64,000 nt of DNA from Eledone cirrhosa (Eukaryota): NCBI GenBank assembly GCA_964016885.1, contig OZ024742.1, positions 250,852,001-250,916,000 of the forward strand, written 5' to 3'. A program made the translations under genes and the position numbers. This document shows, piece after piece, positions 1 to 11,761 of the stretch. The notes beneath the pieces were generated by a model, which saw nothing but the letters and a program-made list of their open reading frames with translations, made no database searches and was not told where the DNA came from. Numbering within the stretch: position 1 is the first letter of the stretch; the number at the start of each line of letters is the position of its first letter.

Positions 1-19
1 CGGTGAAGGGTACACGAAA

Positions 20-360
20 ATTTGATGTTATTAAAGAATAATGTTAAAAACGAAGGAGAGTAAAATGTTAGGGTAAGGGTATTAGTGAGAAATACCAATC
101 TTATTTAAACCACAAGGAATTTAGATCTATAACAAGAAATTAAATTAATTGATAGGTATACTTATAGGGATAAATTTATATTAATTCATATGGATGTGAT
201 AAATAAGAATTAGATGTTATTAAAGAATGTTGTTAAAAACGAAGGGAAAGAAAATTTGGGGATAAGGGTAGTAGTGAGAAATACCAATCTTATATAAACT
301 ACAAGGAATCTAGATTCATAACAGGAAATTAAATTAATTTATATGTATATTTTTAGGTAT
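20..360. repeat. Two-copy ~188-bp tandem repeat, probably in a transposon UTR
   Basis: gatgttattaaagaat...gtgagaaataccaatctta...acaaggaat...aaattaaattaatt occurs at ~25 and ~213. Confidence 0.7.
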
Positions 361-634
361 TAATTTTAGGAATAGAGAGCTGTAAGAGGGAAATAAAATT
401 ATGAAGTTCTCTGTAGTAAAGTACTAATTATAGGTTAACTAAATTAAAAAAACTAATTATAATAATATGTAAAATATAAGTGTAAGGTGTATATTAATTA
501 GGTTTATAATATTTGAAGGTTCTTCTAATTCTATGATTGCAAGATATAATTAATTCTTGTCGCTTATTTAATAGGATATCCTAAGATTTCATTATTTCAA
601 AAAGTTCCTGGGAGCATAATCTACACTCATATCT

Positions 635-749
635 GTTATTTTGATGAAGGTATGTATATTTCCTCTGATAGTTTGTAATATTTTTACATAGATCTATATG
701 ATATACATACCAACACACATATATATCCTAGAAACGATCGTAAAATGAT
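635..749 (+). ncRNA. Degenerate type I hammerhead ribozyme (C3 missing, long stem II)
   Basis: GTTATTT-TGATGA-AGG..(~80 nt)..CCTA-GAAA-CGATCG-TA-AAATGAT; palindromic stem III ACGATCGT, GUA site. Confidence 0.5.
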
Positions 750-788
750 GATTTTTTAATATAAGGAACTTGTTCTTTGTTTTTATTA

Positions 789-827
<39 letters not shown>

Positions 828-829
<2 letters not shown>

Positions 830-878
830 CTTCTACAGGACTAGCACTGTTTCATTCGTGAGAAATCATCAGGAAGCT
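828..878 (-). ncRNA. Type I hammerhead ribozyme
   Basis: AGCTTC-CTGATGA-TTTCTCACGAAT-GAAA-CAG-TGCTAGTC-CTG-TA-GAAGCT: stem I 6 bp, stem III ACAG/CTGT, GUA site. Confidence 0.8.
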
Positions 879-952
879 GAGTACCTTACTTACTGTAGTT
901 ACCCCCAATTGAACCCGGAATAACTTATATATATATATATAAACCATATTTA

Positions 953-1010
953 TTCTATTATATATATTTCAAGGGTACCAAAAACTTTGATACGCTTTCA
1001 TCAGATAAAA
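953..1010 (-). ncRNA. Minimal type I hammerhead ribozyme (family A)
   Basis: TTTTAT-CTGATGA-AAGCGTATCAAAGTTTTTGGTACCCTT-GAAA-TATATA-TA-ATAGAA. Confidence 0.75.
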
Positions 1011-1149
1011 TACAAAGTGTGTTTTATAAATTTTGACATACCCAAGGAACATACCTTATCAGTTGAATTTTCCTTGGATAGTCAAGGAAAATTCAACTGA
1101 TAAGGTATGTTGCTTGGCTTATGTCAAAATTTATAAAACACACTTTGTA

Positions 1150-1207
1150 TTTTATCTGATGAAAGCGTACCAAAGTTTTTGGTACCCTTGAAATATATTT
1201 AATAGAA
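1150..1207 (+). ncRNA. Minimal type I hammerhead ribozyme (family A), inverted copy
   Basis: TTTTAT-CTGATGA-AAGCGTACCAAAGTTTTTGGTACCCTT-GAAA-TATATT-TA-ATAGAA. Confidence 0.7.
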
Positions 1208-1674
1208 TAAATATGGCTTTATAAATATAGTTTCCATTTATTTAATATCATTGAATATTTCCTCCAGAAAACTGTCGAGTGCTCTGAATCAGTTATAAAC
1301 ATTTATATTTGTTGAATTACCAACAAATTAAATATCCCTTCTGCGTATATATATAAAATATTAAAAAAATAATGAATAAAACAATGAAACAGTTCCTTAT
1401 ATTAAACAAAAAAAGTTTAATATAAGGAACTGTTTCATTGTTTTAAAAGTTTAATATAAGGAACTGTTTCATTGTTTTATTCATTATTTTTTTTATATTT
1501 TATCTTGACTCTGTATTCCGTTTATCTTTCACCGAAAGTGATTTTTGAATGCATCTCTTCTTTCCATGATATCCGGATTACATTGAGTTATTCATACGGA
1601 TTGGACACTACCGTAAACTTTTGGTAGATTTATCTACATATATATATATATATATAGAAATGGCTTCCACGGGA

Positions 1675-1723
1675 CTTTCATGATGTTTTCCTTCGAATGA
1701 AACAGTTCTAGTCCTGTAGAAGC
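1675..1723 (+). ncRNA. Decayed hammerhead ribozyme, same family as 828-878
   Basis: 3' half GAATGAAACAGTTCTAGTCCTGTAGAAGC intact; CUGANGA box damaged. Confidence 0.5.
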
Positions 1724-1822
1724 CATTTCTATATTAAATATTTATACTCTGCCATGTATTGAGTACCTTACTTACTGTGGTTATTCCCAAATGTACCTGG
1801 TGGGATACACACTAACGTTAGT

Positions 1823-2374
1823 ATGGAAACGTCACTAAACGTTAATGGGATACACACACACACACACATATATATCCATAACCCTATAGCTACCATCCAG
1901 ACTTCTACACAGCATAATAACCGGCAGACTAACACCCAGAATAATTGTAACTGTAGATCAAATAGAACCTGCCCTTTAAATAAAAATTGCTTAATCAAGG
2001 ATATCATATACTCATGCACAGTCACAACTATCAATTCTTCTGAAACCTATATAGGCTCTACTTCTAACTGCTTCAAAACTAGATACAATTCGCACCTCCA
2101 CTCTTTCAAAAAACACAGTCTAGCCAACTCCACTTCACTATCTAGCTACATACACTATCTAAAAACTAAAAATAAACCATATACACTTAAATGGGAAGTG
2201 ATAGGTAATGCGACATCGTACAAACCACCTAATAAATTTTGTAACTTCTGTCTACTAGAGACCCATACTATCATCTTCTCTAACCATAACCTCCTTAATA
2301 AAAAATCAGAAGTGTTCGCGTCTTGCCAACACCGCTTCCGACACTCTTTCCAAAACTTTAAACCCAATATATAG
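1823..2374 (+). pseudogene. PLE C-terminal GIY-YIG endonuclease fragment
   Basis: CNC-x5-CPL-x3-CL linker, IIY..TYIGST..FKTRYNSH, LSSYIH, CNFCLLE, LLNKKSE, CxH motifs. Confidence 0.88.
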
Positions 2375-3905
2375 CAATGTCAGACTTGAACCCGTCACCA
2401 CAACTAGCAACTAGCATCTCAACACCCATTAATCCACTTTAGCGCAAATAGTGACATCCTCATAGTACCTTTTACCCTGGAGATATCCCCATGTACTTCT
2501 ACTTTTGGTATATTGGCCTTGAATTATTTGGACTACATTGCACTAATATATAATTAATGTAAACTGTAGGCACTGAATTGGTTGTGCTAACATTATCCTG
2601 TGCATGGAGTGCCACCATAGGATAGATAGATGATTAAGTAATTAATTCATTAATAGGGCTATATGTCCTATATGCTGAATACAATGATTTATGTACAGAC
2701 GATATATGAGTTTTGAGTATAGGTGTGGCTTGAGGGCCAGATTAGTGTCTTTGTATGAGAGAATTGACCTCTGGACCACACTGGTAATATTTAACTTTGC
2801 CATGCATTCAGACATACAATGACCTGGAGCTTACCGGGAGTCATATATAGTAATAAGACCCTGCCAGGTTCTGCGGGTGGACTACAATTACAAAGATCAT
2901 TGATTTGGAGGTCTGACTCTTCTTGTAGAATGTTCGGTTGTGGCACTCCATGATAGAAAGTAATCATCCTGATACGAACACCTTTGGTACTTCTTGATAG
3001 ACTACACTGTAATTTATAGATAAGATACTTAAATTTAGAAGTTGTTTATAACCTTATATAATAGGGACTCATCTCAAACACCATTAATGCACTTTAGGAT
3101 AATAAATTTAACTGTGAAAATCAGCCAGTTACCTCCTCTTACGCATTAACTCCCCTTAATCACACACACACTTCCGGAATATAATACAATGTCATCTCTC
3201 ACAACAAAAACAGCCTGATCTATGAATCGAAGTATATCATGGTTCAACGGACACCCAGTGTCGAATCATCATGGATTGTATAATGGACATGTAGTATATA
3301 CATTGCGTTTCCTGGATTGTGTGAGTGGTGGGGGGTGCGAGGACAGTGGTGCTGTTTTGCTTCTCATTTGTTACATTTGTTATATTTTTGGTGTTTCTCT
3401 ACAAACGGGCTTACACGTATATATCGTACAGGTGTGTGTGAAAAATGCTTTAACAATACAGACCCCATGATGCTATTGATTGCCTGCTTTAACTGCTTGT
3501 TTTACATGTATCAATCTGCCGCACTATAATACTGTATAAATAAGACACGCGTGCATGCCACACGTGAGACTGTTTCGTACACTGACTACCCTAAACTTTC
3601 CTCTTGCTTTATCTTCATAAACTGCCAATGTTTTATTTTTATTTTTATTTATTTTAATTTTAATTTTAACTTTAATTTTGTCCTTTAATATGAATGTATG
3701 TAAATTGCCATATTATTATGATGGATGTCAACCCACTGTGGGTCAATATATACATATGTTTTTATATGTCTCTTATGTTGAAAAGGAGGTCAAGTATGTA
3801 AAAATCACTAAATAGTTGCTCCGAAGAATCCAAACCTCGGTTTGGAGGAAACAATTGTAAGCAAATAAATGATTTAAACTGAACTTTGATTCATGTAATT
3901 TCTAT
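1846..3905 (+). mobile_element. 5'-truncated Penelope-like retroelement (Neptune-like): GIY-YIG end of ORF, long 3' region, terminal HHR
   Basis: ORF 1823-2374, then ~1.45 kb non-coding ending in an HHR at 3816; 3535-3905 recurs inverted at 51561-51925. Confidence 0.8.
3816..3864 (+). ncRNA. Minimal type I hammerhead ribozyme with CCGAAGA core (family B)
   Basis: TTGCT-CCGAAGA-ATCCAAACCTCGGTTTGGAG-GAAA-CAATTG-TA-AGCAA; 5-bp stem I, 8-bp stem II, palindromic stem III. Confidence 0.75.
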
Positions 3906-4004
3906 ATAATTATAGGAAAAAGTATGACCCCGACGGCAGAACTCAAGCCGTTTCGACGACTATTTCTGGACTGAAATAACCGTCGAAACGGCTTACTTTT
4001 CATT

Positions 4005-4037
4005 TATATGTATATATATATATATATATCCATATAC

Positions 4038-4081
<44 letters not shown>

Positions 4082-4800
4082 GGGGAGGAGGGAGAATTAG
4101 ATAGATAGAAACAGAGAGAAACAGACAGACAGGCACAAATATAGAAAGATAGACTAATAAACAAAGAGAGAGGGTTAAGTAAAGATAGAGTAAGAGAAAG
4201 ATAAGGGTGATGGTGAGAGATGAGAGAGGTAGTGGAAGATTTCGAGAAAATTTCCCCTGAGTCAGTTGGTAGTTTAGTTGATGACATGTGGTTACAGTGT
4301 ATGCGTATGTGTATTGTGTATGGCTGTGTGTGTGTATGTGTGTGGTTGAGTGTCTGTATATGTATAGTTGTGTGCGTATGTGTGTGTATGTGTGTGTGTG
4401 TGTGCGTGTATGTTTTGTGTTGTGTATGTGTAGCTATGTGCTTAGATGTGTGTGCGTGTACGTGTAGTTGTGTATATGTGTGTGTACGACACTGTATGTG
4501 AGTAGGGGGTGCGTAAGTGTATGTGACTGTGTGCGCGACTATGAGTGTGAGTGTATATAAGATTATGTGTGAAGAGGGAACTAGTGCCTGTTAGTGACTG
4601 TGTGTGTGTGTATGTATGTACCTATGTATGTATGCGTGTGTGGTTGTGTGGGGAGGGGAGTGGACAGTGTATGAGAAGAGGTGGCTGTGTATATATGTGT
4701 AAGTGTATATATATGTGTGTGTGTGTGTGGTGGTGGTAGTGGGGGGGGGGGGGGCTTGTGACAATGTATGTGTGGGGGGAAGAGGGGAAGTGTGTGACAG
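4005..4800. repeat. Compound (TA)n/(GA)n/(TG)n low-complexity tract
   Basis: Direct reading of dinucleotide runs. Confidence 0.9.
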
Positions 4801-5271
4801 TTTAAATGTGTACTTCTTAGCTAGCCAGCTGTCAGCTATAACTTTAAACACGTCGTTAATATGTAAGATATAGTGAGGAAGTACAAGGCTACAACTATTA
4901 AGATAGGTCCTCAACACATTGAAAAACAACGACCAAACAGGCCTCAATTTATTGAAAAAGAAAACCACAACAGGTCTCAATATATTAAAAAACATTGTTG
5001 TTACTCAATATATTGAGGCCTGCTGTTTTTACATAAAACTTTAAACTCTTTAAAACAAACAGATTTGTATCATAGAACCAGGCATGGTTTTAAACGATTT
5101 GATATCAAAAGCTTTAAAAGTCGCCTCAATACATTGATGTAGGCCTCAATTATAGTGAACTTCCTGGTAGACCATATTGAGGCATGATTTTTTTAATTAT
5201 TTCCCTGGCCTTACCCATTCCACTGCTATACAGTTGCTACATCAACTACTGTATCGGTGCCAGTTCCCTCA

Positions 5272-5340
5272 TCAGGGGTTCGTAAACTATGGCCCAAGGT
5301 CAGATTCGGCCTGCGGCATCATTTCATCTGGCCTGAAAAC
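5272..5340 (+). mobile_element. Probable terminus of a hAT (Charlie-like) DNA transposon/MITE
   Basis: CAGGGGTTCGTAAACTATGGCCCAAGGTCAGATTCGGCCTG resembles CAGGGGT...AAACT...GGCCC...GGCC hAT termini; other end not found. Confidence 0.4.
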
Positions 5341-5695
5341 CTTATTAGATATGTGATATTGCATACAAAAATTCTTAGTTTTCTTTCTCAACCTTTGGTT
5401 AACACAACACATTTTTTTGTTAATACAATGTTTCTGTTATTTTCACTGTTCTAATTCCTTTATATATTTATTATTCTGTATTGAATTTCTAAGCCTGTTG
5501 TGGCTTAGCAATAGAAATGTTTTACGTGGGTAATTAAACGATATTATGGTATTAAGAAACGTTTGTTCTTTTTAATATTTTTTTATACCACCTGGGAAAA
5601 AAACATTTATTGTATTCTACATTAAATACAATGAAACCGTTTCCATAACCTTGTATGAACATGATTTCATTTTTTATTCACCTTAGCCTGCGTAC

Positions 5696-5789
5696 CTCCT
5701 CAAAAACCAAGGGTACTTCAAAGACAGTTTGCTCGCCAGTCGTATACCAACATTTTCCACCCTGCATGGGAATCCATTTCTACTTCGGC
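5696..5789 (-). CDS. Possible downstream exon of the minus-strand host gene
   Basis: ttgtag|GCCGAAG...GAGGAG|gtacgc; open in phase 1, matching the phase left by exon 14967-15099; unique sequence. Confidence 0.3.
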
Positions 5790-5821
5790 CTACAATGAAT
5801 GGTTAACTACAGCAACGTGTA

Positions 5822-6600
5822 GGGACGTTACTTCGTTAACGTTTAGTGACGTTACTGCATTAATGTTTAGTGACGTTATTGCATTAATGTTTAGTGACGT
5901 TACTGTATTGACGTTTAGCTACGTTACTGCATTAACGTTTAGCTACGTTACTGTGTTAACATTTAATTACGTTACAGCATTAGCGTTTAGTGACGTTACT
6001 ATATTAGCGTTTAGTGATATACCTATATTAACGCTTAATGACGTTACTATCTTAACGTTTAGCTACGTCACTGCATTAACCTTTAGTGGCGTTAGAATAT
6101 TAATGTTTAGTGACACTGCATTAACGTTTAGTTACGTTTCTACATTAACGTTTAGTGACGTTTCCATACTAACGTTTAGTCATATTATTACATTAACGTT
6201 TAGTGACGTTACTATATTAATTTTTGAGGACGTTACTATATTAAAGTTTAGCTACGTCACTGCATTAACGTTTTATGACGTTACTATATTATAATTTAGC
6301 GACATTACTATATTAATGTTTAGTTACATTAACGTTTAGTGACGTTACTATATTAACGTTTAGCTACGTCACTGAATTAACATTTAGTGACGTTAGAATA
6401 TTAACGTTTAGGGACGTTATTGCATTAACGTTGAGTGACATTTCTATAATAACGACAAATAATATTTAGTGACTTTACGGTTAGTAACGCTGATTGGTTT
6501 TACTACAGTGACGTTCATTATATCAACGTTTAATGGCGTTAACTTTGATAACATTGACTGTTGTGACGTTCATTGCAACGTCACCCGCTACAGTAATGTT
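5822..6600. repeat. 24-bp minisatellite (consensus ~TTAACGTTTAGTGACGTTACTGCA)
   Basis: Roughly 25-30 degenerate units; frame 5863-6294 reads as an 8-aa repeat (TFSDVTIL). Confidence 0.92.
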
Positions 6601-6779
6601 TGGTGGTGGTGTTATTGACCTTATGGTACACTAGGCTGTCTCGTGGCCCATGGTGGGAGGAATACTTCTGTGGTGTGTTGAACTCTTGATCGCAGTTGCT
6701 TACCTAAGTTAGAGCAGCCTCTCTAACTCTTCCATATATCACAGCTTCTTACTTCTCTTCCGTAGTATAACTGCTGTGA

Positions 6780-6915
6780 GCGCATGCATATGTGTGTGTG
6801 AGAGAGTGAGTGAGTTTGCGTATCAGTGTGTGAGTATATATACGTGTGTCTGTGTGTGTATGATTATATGTGGGGGTTGTTTCTGTGCGTGTAAAAGTAT
6901 GTATATGAGTGCGAG

Positions 6916-6988
<73 letters not shown>

Positions 6989-7041
6989 CACACACACATA
7001 CACACATATATATATATAGAGAGAGAGATATACATATAGAC

Positions 7042-7073
<32 letters not shown>

Positions 7074-7097
7074 ATATATCTTATATATGCATGTATA

Positions 7098-7164
<67 letters not shown>

Positions 7165-7187
7165 ATGTATATATTTATATATGTATA

Positions 7188-7226
<39 letters not shown>

Positions 7227-7552
7227 TTATATACATATATATAAAGAGAAAGTGAATGGGTGTTAACGAAGTGGAAAACAATGGTACATGCAGACTGCCA
7301 GTCAGACCAGCCGACAGATTGACAGTAGTTTAAAGTGGTAGAAAGTGCAACAAATTGGAAGCGCCTTCGCTCTGTCTATAATTAGTCAGACATATCTGTT
7401 GCGGAGACACGAAACAATGACTCTACCCCTAGCCTCCCCCCTCTCTATCTCTCTCTCTCTCACACATACTCTTTCTCATTCACACACACACATACACACA
7501 CTCTCTCTCTCCCTCATGCACATACACACACACACTCTCTCTCACACACACA

Positions 7553-7599
<47 letters not shown>

Positions 7600-7615
7600 T
7601 CTCTCACACATACAA

Positions 7616-7662
<47 letters not shown>

Positions 7663-7845
7663 TACAAACAAACTCTCTCTCTCTCTCACACATACTCTCT
7701 CTCTCTCTTTCTCTCTCACACACACACACACACACTCTCTCTCTCTCACACACACATACTCTCTCTCGCTCTCACACACATACACATTCTCTCTCTCTCT
7801 TACACACACACACACATTCTCTCTCTCTCTCTTTCTCATTCTTTC
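6780..7845. repeat. Compound (TG)n/(GA)n/(TA)n/(CT)n(CA)n microsatellites
   Basis: Direct reading. Confidence 0.9.
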
Positions 7846-7879
7846 AGATGGATGGAAATATTTATTTTTGGTACTACTA

Positions 7880-9000
7880 GTTGTGGCTAGTTCACTGTAT
7901 TTAGGGCGCTACAGTAGGGTTTGGGGGGTTACTACTACATAACGTAGTGGGTATTTCACTGTATTTAGGGAACTGCGACAGAGAGTGGGAGAGTATATTT
8001 GCTTAGAGAGGTATTATGTAGAATAGTAACCTCATCACTATATTTAAGGAGCTACAACACAGACTAGCTGATATATTTTGTTTAGGGAGCTACTATATAG
8101 GGTGATGGGTACTTTACTATATTCAAGGAGCCACAATATTAGCTGAGGGTGGGGCATCACTGTGTTAAGGACACTGCAAGACAAGAGGAGATATATCACC
8201 GATATAGGACGCTGCGACAGGAGAAATTTGGATTTTGTAAATGGTGCCATATTCACATAAGCTGGGGAAGAAAGGGGGTATTATAGAACTACAGTCGCCA
8301 CTTGCAATCGAGTGGGACTTGGTGGTATGTTCCATGCTTTTACTAAGGGTTTTAGGTGTTCGTGCAGTCGCGAACAGACTCAGACACCATCTCAATTTTT
8401 TTTCCTCCGATCCAGCGGAACATCCAGGATTTGACAACTAGAAGGAAAGAGAACTGTACCAGCACTGGCATGGTACTTTCTTTATCCACCCTACTGCCAT
8501 CGGTTAAGGGCTACATCACTGTATTTAGGAAGCGCTTCTACATAGGGTGGAAGTACATCACTTATTTAGGAAACTACACTATTAAACTGGGAGTATATAA
8601 GTGTACATGGGGGGAGGTTATTACATAGACTGGTGGGGGTGTACCATTTATTTAGAGAACTTCAACATAAGAGGGAAGGTACATCTTTGTATTTAAGGAG
8701 AGACTACATAGGCCGAGGGCTACATCATTTATTTAAGAAGCTACAGCACAGGGCGGGGGAGTAGAACTATTGTTTATGGAACTATTTCTGTGACATAACT
8801 CTCCCTAATACAAATTGTTTTCTATAACAGAACTCCTATGATAGAACTATTTCTACGATATAATTATTTCTATGACAAAACCCCATCTCTGATAGAACAA
8901 CTTCTGCAACAAAATTATTTTTGTGACAGAACTTCCTTTATGAAAAAACTATTTCTACGACAAAACTATTTCTATGACAGGACCCTCCCTTTGATTTAAA
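7880..9000. repeat. Degenerate ~35-40-bp tandem repeat followed by a ~17-bp repeat
   Basis: Recurrent cactgtatttagggagctac..ataggg units to ~8780, then gaactatttctatgac units. Confidence 0.65.
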
Positions 9001-9182
9001 ACCTAAAACGACAAAACTGAATACGGCAAGACATTTTCGCCCTTGCTCCATTGATTGTGGGTTAGGTTTACAAGCCCGACCCTCATATTAGCTATACAAC
9101 TTAGGTCTAGTCGAAAAGAAAAAAAATCAGTGACACGAAAAACAAAACGTAATACCAGAGAAACATATACACACGTAGAGAA

Positions 9183-9335
9183 GGGGCGCGGTTTAGTGGA
9201 TATAGCGTTGGGGTCGCGCTTGTAAGATTATAAGTTCGATTCCCGAACTAAGGGGTTCATTTTAAAGGGGACATTTTATTTTACGTTGCTCCACTCCATT
9301 TGGCTGGGGAAAATGAATTGCGACGACACTGGTGC
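9183..9335 (+). mobile_element. Decayed tRNA-derived SINE (family S2)
   Basis: A-box-like GGTTTAGTGG, B-box-like GTTCGATTCC, then acattttattttacgttgctcca as in 31630-31780. Confidence 0.55.
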
Positions 9336-10068
9336 TAAGCTGTGTCGGTCTTTCCTTTTCCCTTGTACAACTCTAGAGTCGGGGAAAAGGGTGGCTGACA
9401 TGCATTGGTAACTGCTGATCTTCCACATGAAAAATAAACACCATATTCTGGATTCCACCATGGAAACGAACAAAGGCTGTCAAGACAGAAAGGAACCTTT
9501 ATTCACATATAGGGTGTTGCATAGCAACACGAATATTGGTGGCTATATTAATAATTAGATCTACAATATACATTCAAATGCTGACTACAAATGAGAAATA
9601 TAAATTTCCTTTATGCCACCTAGATTGGATGTAGAGTCCGACGTTTCCCCTTTACTTTCATTGACTGATATTTAATTTTTTTTTTGAAAATATTATATAA
9701 TTTAATTGAAAATTATTTTTGATTGGGTAAAAAAACAATTTCTTTTGTTTACAATCGTTAAATCTCTTGTAAAATATAAATATTTGGTTGGATTATTAAT
9801 GAGTATGTATAGTGAGTGTTAACAGAAATATTTAGTAGAACAGGGGATATAACTCTAAAACAAAAATAGGCAACAATTGTATTAAGTTAGTTACTTCCCT
9901 TGGAAATATGTTAAAGTTACTGATTTAATCTAAGTATCTGCCTGTCAGTCAGTCTGTCTGTCTGTCCATCTATCTATTTATTAATCTATCTGTATTGATC
10001 GATCATGTCTACCTAAATGTGTATTCCAGTTTCATACTCACTATAAACAAACAGCATTACCTTATTGC

Positions 10069-10146
<78 letters not shown>

Positions 10147-10300
10147 TCACTTAACAAGACAAGTCTGATAAGTAGGTTGATGTTGAAATCGGATCGAAAA
10201 GAACAAATATGAAGCTTAAGTCAATCATCTGCGAAAAGGTCGATAATCAATAAAAATATTCATGTAAAACTTCATCTTGTTATAATTATACTTACACACA

Positions 10301-10382
<82 letters not shown>

Positions 10383-10453
10383 CTATACTGTATATATATA
10401 TATATATATACAGTATAGATAATATATATGTGTGTGTGCATGTATATATATAT

Positions 10454-11302
10454 GCTGTTGACCACGAATAAATGGTTATCGTTTATTTATCTATTATTTC
10501 TTCACATGTGCCTTTTAATCTTATAGCCTGGTTTAATTGTTTTTTTGTGTGGTTGATTGTGCTAATTGGAAGAGGAAATTGAGTATATATCTTATCAAAT
10601 GATTCTAAGGACATAATTTACAGTATATTGCTCTGATTACTTAATTTATTAATTCATCATTGAGCCACATCGTGAATGGTTGCCAAAAGCATATCTATAA
10701 CTTTGTCTAGTTTGTGTATATGTAAATCTTTATATTTGATAATCTCCCATAAGGTTGAGATGCAATTTGGGCAATATTAGGCTGCGCTTTCTAGCAACCA
10801 GCCTACTAGCCGTAAGGCACCAATCACATTCTTTCTGACTTGACCACTGCCACGTCACAGTTCTTGGCCATTTTGAATTCGTTTCTGGCGGGGATCATTT
10901 AAGAAAGATCTTTGTCCAAGTGAGTTTATTTCCTGATGAGTTCGAAGCTCGAGAATTTATCCTTGATAGGATTTTTCCGAAAGCGAACGAAACCCTAAGG
11001 ATAGAAAAGCAATCCTGGTATCTGTATATGCATTTTTTCTTCTAACTTTAATTTTATACCTAATTGTGTATGGTTGACGATATATTTAATCGATTTCCAC
11101 GTGCTATTGAAATGATGGGTAGATATTCTATGGCTGTTGACCGCGAATAAATGGCTATCGTTTATTTATCTATTATTTCTTCACAGGTGCCTTTTAATCT
11201 TATAGCCTGGTTTTATTGGTTTTTTGTGTGGTTGATTATGCTAATTGGGAGAGGAAATTGAGTATATATCTTATCAAATGATTCTAAGGACATAATTTAT
11301 AG

Positions 11303-11307
<5 letters not shown>
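10454..11307 (+). mobile_element. Non-coding HHR element: 679-bp unit plus ~175-bp terminal redundancy, between (TA)n tracts
   Basis: 10454-10628 repeated at 11133-11307; HHR at 10929-11007; no ORF. Confidence 0.7.
10929..11007 (+). ncRNA. Type I hammerhead ribozyme with extended stem II
   Basis: TTTC-CTGATGA-GTTCG..CGAAC-GAAA-CCCTAAGGA-TA-GAAA; canonical G10.1-C11.1 pair, one mismatch in stem III. Confidence 0.7.
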
Positions 11308-11357
<50 letters not shown>

Positions 11358-11384
11358 ATATTTATATGTATATATGTATATATG

Positions 11385-11417
<33 letters not shown>

Positions 11418-11428
11418 ATGTATGTATG

Positions 11429-11493
<65 letters not shown>

Positions 11494-11670
11494 CATCATC
11501 ATCATCATTCTCAATTGTGCTCATAGTTTTGGCAGTAGTATATATACTGATTGGATGCCCTTCCTAACACCAGCACCACTTTACAGCATGGACTGGGTGC
11601 TTTTATTCGTGCCACCAGCACTAGAGAGGATGTCTTACTGGACTCGGGGGCCTTCTCTACTCCTCCATTT

Positions 11671-11747
<77 letters not shown>

Positions 11748-11761
11748 TTTTTTATTTTTTG

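Noticed and set aside
5822-6600. Regular repeat array as a CRISPR candidate
   Set aside because: Units are contiguous with no unique spacers, there are no cas genes, and the context is eukaryotic
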